Assembly: GCA_965229935.1 (NCBI GenBank)
Contig: CBDDKB010000002.1
Coordinates: forward strand, 772,165 to 836,164
Length of the DNA: 64,000 nt
Source: Alphaproteobacteria bacterium
Lineage (GTDB): Bacteria > Pseudomonadota > Alphaproteobacteria > SPJN01
Direction of reading: 5' to 3'
Shown here: piece after piece, positions 60,664 through 64,000 of the stretch
Layout of the letters: every line of letters begins with the position of its first letter
Numbering within the stretch: position 1 is the stretch's first letter
Position numbers and translations under genes: made by a program
The notes under the pieces: model-generated
Seen by the model: the letters and a program-made list of their open reading frames with translations, nothing else
Told to the model about the DNA's origin: nothing
Database searches by the model: none

Positions 60664-61428
60664 CTACTGACCTGCTTGGAAAGGGGAGGCGATGGTAAAG
60701 CCTTTGCGTTCCAGCGCAGTGCGCAGCGCTGTGGCGATGGTGACAGCTTCTGACGTGTCGCCATGAACACAAATTGTGTCAATCTTGGCGGCTAGCTTGT
60801 TGCCGCTTTGCGTGATAACTGCGGCATCATCAAGCATGGCTAAAATACGTTTGGTGATTGCGGCGGGGTCATGCAGCACAGAACCGCTTTTTGTGCGTGG
60901 GACCAAAAAGCCATTATCCTGATAGGCGCGGTCTGCAAATATCTCGCCCACAAAACGCAACCCATAGCGAGTGGCAGCTTCAGATTGACCAAGGCCTGCC
61001 ATGCCGACCAAAGCACGTTCAGGCCCCGTCTCAGCAACAGCCTTGGCAATCGCATCTGCGATGGCGGCGTCTTCTTCGGCCATGTTGGCTAGGGCGCCAT
61101 GAACCTTCACAAAGGGTAGTTCAGTCTTGGTCTGCGTGCTGATGGCGGCGCAGTTGATGATTTGCGCCTTGATCATCTCTGTTATCTCGTTCGGCGTCAT
61201 GGCAAGCCGCGTACGCCCGAAATTCTCGCGATCAGGAAAACCGGGATGGATGCCGCAGACAACGCCGCGCTGTGCTGCTTGTTTTATTAGCGCCGCAAAC
61301 CGTTCAAGACTGCCGGCATGCGCCCCGCTTGCCACATTCGCAGTTGAAACGATCTTAAGCATGGCGCCGTCCGCGTCGTCCAGCCCTTCGCCCATATCGC
61401 AATTCAGATCAATGCACTGGTCGGTCAT
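60664..61428 (-). CDS. pxpA: 5-oxoprolinase subunit A (LamB/YcsF family)
   Basis: IDLNCDMGEG signature; the start was refined to the ATG at 61428. Confidence 0.85.
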   Translation of the reverse strand: MTDQCIDLNCDMGEGLDDADGAMLKIVSTANVASGAHAGSLERFAALIKQAAQRGVVCGIHPGFPDRENFGRTRLAMTPNEITEMIKAQIINCAAISTQTKTELPFVKVHGALANMAEEDAAIADAIAKAVAETGPERALVGMAGLGQSEAATRYGLRFVGEIFADRAYQDNGFLVPRTKSGSVLHDPAAITKRILAMLDDAAVITQSGNKLAAKIDTICVHGDTSEAVTIATALRTALERKGFTIASPFQAGQ

Positions 61429-61438
61429 AATCCGTTGA

Positions 61439-62437
61439 TTATGCACGATCGCTGCGCCGGATGCGATAGGCGCGCCATCTGTCATGCAGCCAGAACCATT
61501 GATCAGGTGCGGCACGGACTTGTACTTCCAGCCAATCATTCATTGCTTGTGTATAGGCACGGACCTTTTCAGCCTCATCATCTATTGATGGGACTGGCAA
61601 TTGGTCATGAACCGTGATCTCAAACTTGGTGCCATCAACGCGTCTAATTGATACGGGAATGACAGGGCTGCCCAGTCGAAGTGCCAATTGCAATACTGTA
61701 TGGGCGGTAAAGGCGGTTTGGCCGAAAAATTTTAACGGCAGCCCTTGGCGCATTTTCTGATCAGCCAGTAGGGCGACAATATCTCCCTGTTTCAAATGCC
61801 TGAACAGGGGGCGGCCACCTTGCGGCCCCTTAGGAATTTGTAAGGCGGGTGGTGCGCCGGCATCGCGCAGGCGATGAACGAATTTGTCGATCAGCGGATT
61901 GTTGGGCGCACGATAAATCTCTGCCAATCTGTCCCGATAGGGGCCGATGGCAAGGGGCAAAACCTCCCAATTGGCGAAATGGCCTGAAATTAAAACAACG
62001 CCTTTTTGCCCGGCGATCGCCTGTTCAAGCTTTTCAAAGCCAATAATGTTGATCAGGTCGTGTGATTGGTTGGCCGCATCGCGGCTATACTTATCAAGAT
62101 GGGCATATTCAGCAGCGGTCCGGCCTAGATTGTCCCACATGCCGGAAATAATGGCCTGCTTGTCATTGTCAGACAGCTCAGGCATGGCAAGGTCCAGATT
62201 ACGGCGGGCACGCTTGGTCACGCCAAGCCTTGGGCCAATCGTATGGGCAATCCATCCACCAAAGGCTGATCCTTTTTTCAGACCCAAAAGTCTGAAAATG
62301 CCCAACAAAAATCGCGCGCCAAAATATTCAAGCCAATCCTTCAGGCGGGGCTTGGGGCCGGTTGCATCTGTTTTGCTTTTATTTTGGGCGCGATCTGTCA
62401 ACGCGAGTTCCCTGCCAATTGCCCTTGATTCGACCAT
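61439..62437 (-). CDS. LpxL/HtrB-family lipid A biosynthesis (lauroyl/myristoyl) acyltransferase
   Basis: 332 aa with an N-terminal TM segment and an LpxL-like HFANWE motif (H-x4-E acyltransferase catalytic dyad). Confidence 0.75.
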   Translation of the reverse strand: MVESRAIGRELALTDRAQNKSKTDATGPKPRLKDWLEYFGARFLLGIFRLLGLKKGSAFGGWIAHTIGPRLGVTKRARRNLDLAMPELSDNDKQAIISGMWDNLGRTAAEYAHLDKYSRDAANQSHDLINIIGFEKLEQAIAGQKGVVLISGHFANWEVLPLAIGPYRDRLAEIYRAPNNPLIDKFVHRLRDAGAPPALQIPKGPQGGRPLFRHLKQGDIVALLADQKMRQGLPLKFFGQTAFTAHTVLQLALRLGSPVIPVSIRRVDGTKFEITVHDQLPVPSIDDEAEKVRAYTQAMNDWLEVQVRAAPDQWFWLHDRWRAYRIRRSDRA

Positions 62438-62571
62438 TTACTGTGTCAAGCAGGGCACAATATGGCAACTGACAAAAACGCACGGGCTAGTGCGAGGAAT
62501 TGCGCGAACCTCTGATATGATGTAAGGCTCCGGTCCCGCAATGCTTTAAAGGAAAAGGACGCAAGACGGAC

Positions 62572-63606
62572 ATGACAAGCACAGCAAATATTCTGATTCT
62601 CGGTGCCAGTGGCTATACCGGGGCAGAAGCCGTGCGCCTTCTGTCTGCGCACCCTAATGTTCGCATTGCCGGGCTGACCGCTGATCGGCGGGCAGGGGAG
62701 CAAATGGGCGCGGTCTATCCGCAATTGGCCCATTTGGATCTGCCAACCTTGCAATCTATCGAAGACGTCAATTTTGATGATTTCGATGGTGTGATTTGTG
62801 GGCTGCCCCATGCCACGACACAGAAAGTCTTGTCCGAGGTGCCGTCAACAGTGAAGGTTGCGGATCTTTCTGCTGATTTTCGGCTGCGGGACCCGGCAAC
62901 CTATGAAAAATGGTATGGGCACCCCCATCAGGCGCTGGAGCGGCAGGGTGAAGCTGTTTATGGCCTGACCGAATTTTATCGGGATGACATTAAGAACGCC
63001 GCCCTTGTGGCGTGCCCCGGCTGTTATCCGACCAGCGCATTGTTGCCGCTGGTGCCTTTATTGGGCCAGAAGCTGATTGATGCAGACCCGATCATTATCG
63101 ATTCCAAATCTGGTGTGACAGGCGCAGGGCGCGGCGTCGCGGAGGGCAAGCTTTACTGCGAGGTGTCAGACGGTTTCCATGCCTATGGCGTTGCCGCCCA
63201 TCGGCACGGCCCTGAAATTGATCAGGAATTGACCGTCGCCGCAGGGCAGGAGGTTGTTGTGACCTTTACGCCTCATCTTGTGCCAATGAACCGGGGCATG
63301 CTCTCCACAATTTATGTCAGGGGCGATGCCGATGATTGTCACAAGGCACTGGCGGCGCAATTTGCGGACGAAGCCTTTGTGCAGGTCTTGCCCTTCGGGC
63401 AGGTGCCGCAGACCCGGCATGTGCGGGGATCAAACCTTGCCGTTGTGGGGGTTGTTGCTGACCGGCAATCGGGACGTGCTATTATTGTCAGCGCGATAGA
63501 CAATCTGGTGAAGGGTGCGTCGGGCCAAGGGGTGCAGAACCTGAACTTGATGCTGGGCTTTGAAGAAACAGCCGGACTTGATCGGTTCTTACCCGTATTT
63601 CCGTAA
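62572..63606 (+). CDS. argC: N-acetyl-gamma-glutamyl-phosphate reductase
   Basis: ILGASGYTG Rossmann N-terminus, a catalytic Cys region (ACPGCYPT) and a length of about 344 aa. Confidence 0.9.
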   Translation: MTSTANILILGASGYTGAEAVRLLSAHPNVRIAGLTADRRAGEQMGAVYPQLAHLDLPTLQSIEDVNFDDFDGVICGLPHATTQKVLSEVPSTVKVADLSADFRLRDPATYEKWYGHPHQALERQGEAVYGLTEFYRDDIKNAALVACPGCYPTSALLPLVPLLGQKLIDADPIIIDSKSGVTGAGRGVAEGKLYCEVSDGFHAYGVAAHRHGPEIDQELTVAAGQEVVVTFTPHLVPMNRGMLSTIYVRGDADDCHKALAAQFADEAFVQVLPFGQVPQTRHVRGSNLAVVGVVADRQSGRAIIVSAIDNLVKGASGQGVQNLNLMLGFEETAGLDRFLPVFP

Positions 63607-63765
63607 TCGGGCGGCTTATTCTGATTAATCAGTCAAAAAATTGCCTGAATTTTTCGCTAATTACCTTGTTTGATTAAGCAAATCGGGGCAAATTGGGCGA
63701 AAGATCGGGAAATCCGGTCGGGGCATTTGCGTATTAGGATTGAGGGGATTCAATCATGGCACAGG

Positions 63766-64000
63766 GCGAAAAGACAATGGACCGCAGCATGATCATGACC
63801 AAGTCGAAAACACTATTGGGTGTCAGCTTGCTGGCTTTAACCTTGGCTGCGTGCGGTGGTGATGATCAGACTGCCTCATCACCATCGGGTGGTTCTGACG
63901 GTTTGTGGACATGGTCCAGCCCTGATGCATGGTATGAAAGCTCAGGCCCGCAGGCGAGCGCACCCGCGCCCGCACCGGCACAGCCGCAACAAACCGCGCC
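63766..64000 (+). CDS. Putative lipoprotein, 5' part; the ORF runs off the right edge of the window
   Basis: SD TGAGGGGA precedes the ATG at 63766. Lipobox LTLAAC, then low-complexity Ser/Gly/Pro/Ala-rich sequence. Confidence 0.5.

Overview
This 64 kb window reads as a gene-dense chromosomal segment of an alphaproteobacterium, about 50% GC and roughly 90% coding. I see no rRNA, CRISPR array, transposase or integrase. Recognisable content runs as follows:
- A truncated pssA-like 3' end at the left edge.
- An RND efflux pair (membrane fusion protein plus AcrB-type pump, no outer membrane gene).
- tRNA-Gln(CUG).
- A methyltransferase/SnoaL-like pair.
- A block that looks accessory: an amidohydrolase, a membrane-anchored Cys-type GST, a Met/His-rich outer membrane barrel, a small Cys/His-rich secreted protein and a DUF4870 membrane protein.
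- A fumarylacetoacetate hydrolase (FAH), yaiI and purT.
- A long minus-strand LPS operon (YkgJ-like, pmbA, IMPase, DUF374, waaA, lpxK) with several ATGA start/stop overlaps.
- An MFS transporter.
- A TetR/desaturase/methyltransferase unit with two palindromic operators.
- MAPEG, ubiA, rsmE and a plant-type gshA.
- tldD coupled to a periplasmic protein with a single CXXCH.
- The aa3 cytochrome oxidase cluster (coxB, coxA, ctaB, a small ORF, ctaG, ctaE, DUF983, SURF1) followed by thrC, an M16 peptidase and a GNAT.
- yqgE, a DsbD-N-like protein, an MFE-2-like SDR and a second GNAT.
- DUF1285, nudL, a small membrane protein and cca.
- A CHAD protein with a degenerate CYTH N-terminus, translationally overlapped with an orphan ParA ATPase and followed by an MgtC/DUF4010 protein.
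- hemF and trmL.
- The petABC bc1 complex.
- mtnP, apt and yraN.
- A TonB-dependent receptor with a palindrome in its promoter region.
- pxpCBA with an LpxL-like acyltransferase.
- argC and a truncated lipoprotein gene at the right edge.
The most interesting candidates for an undescribed system are the CHAD/ParA/MgtC-DUF4010 module (a possible polyphosphate-granule positioning system), the metal-handling-like block at 8.2-11.4 kb, and the two TldD/PmbA loci that are each tightly coupled to a Cys- or heme-motif protein. All functional calls are inferred from motifs read directly in the translations; no database searches were run.
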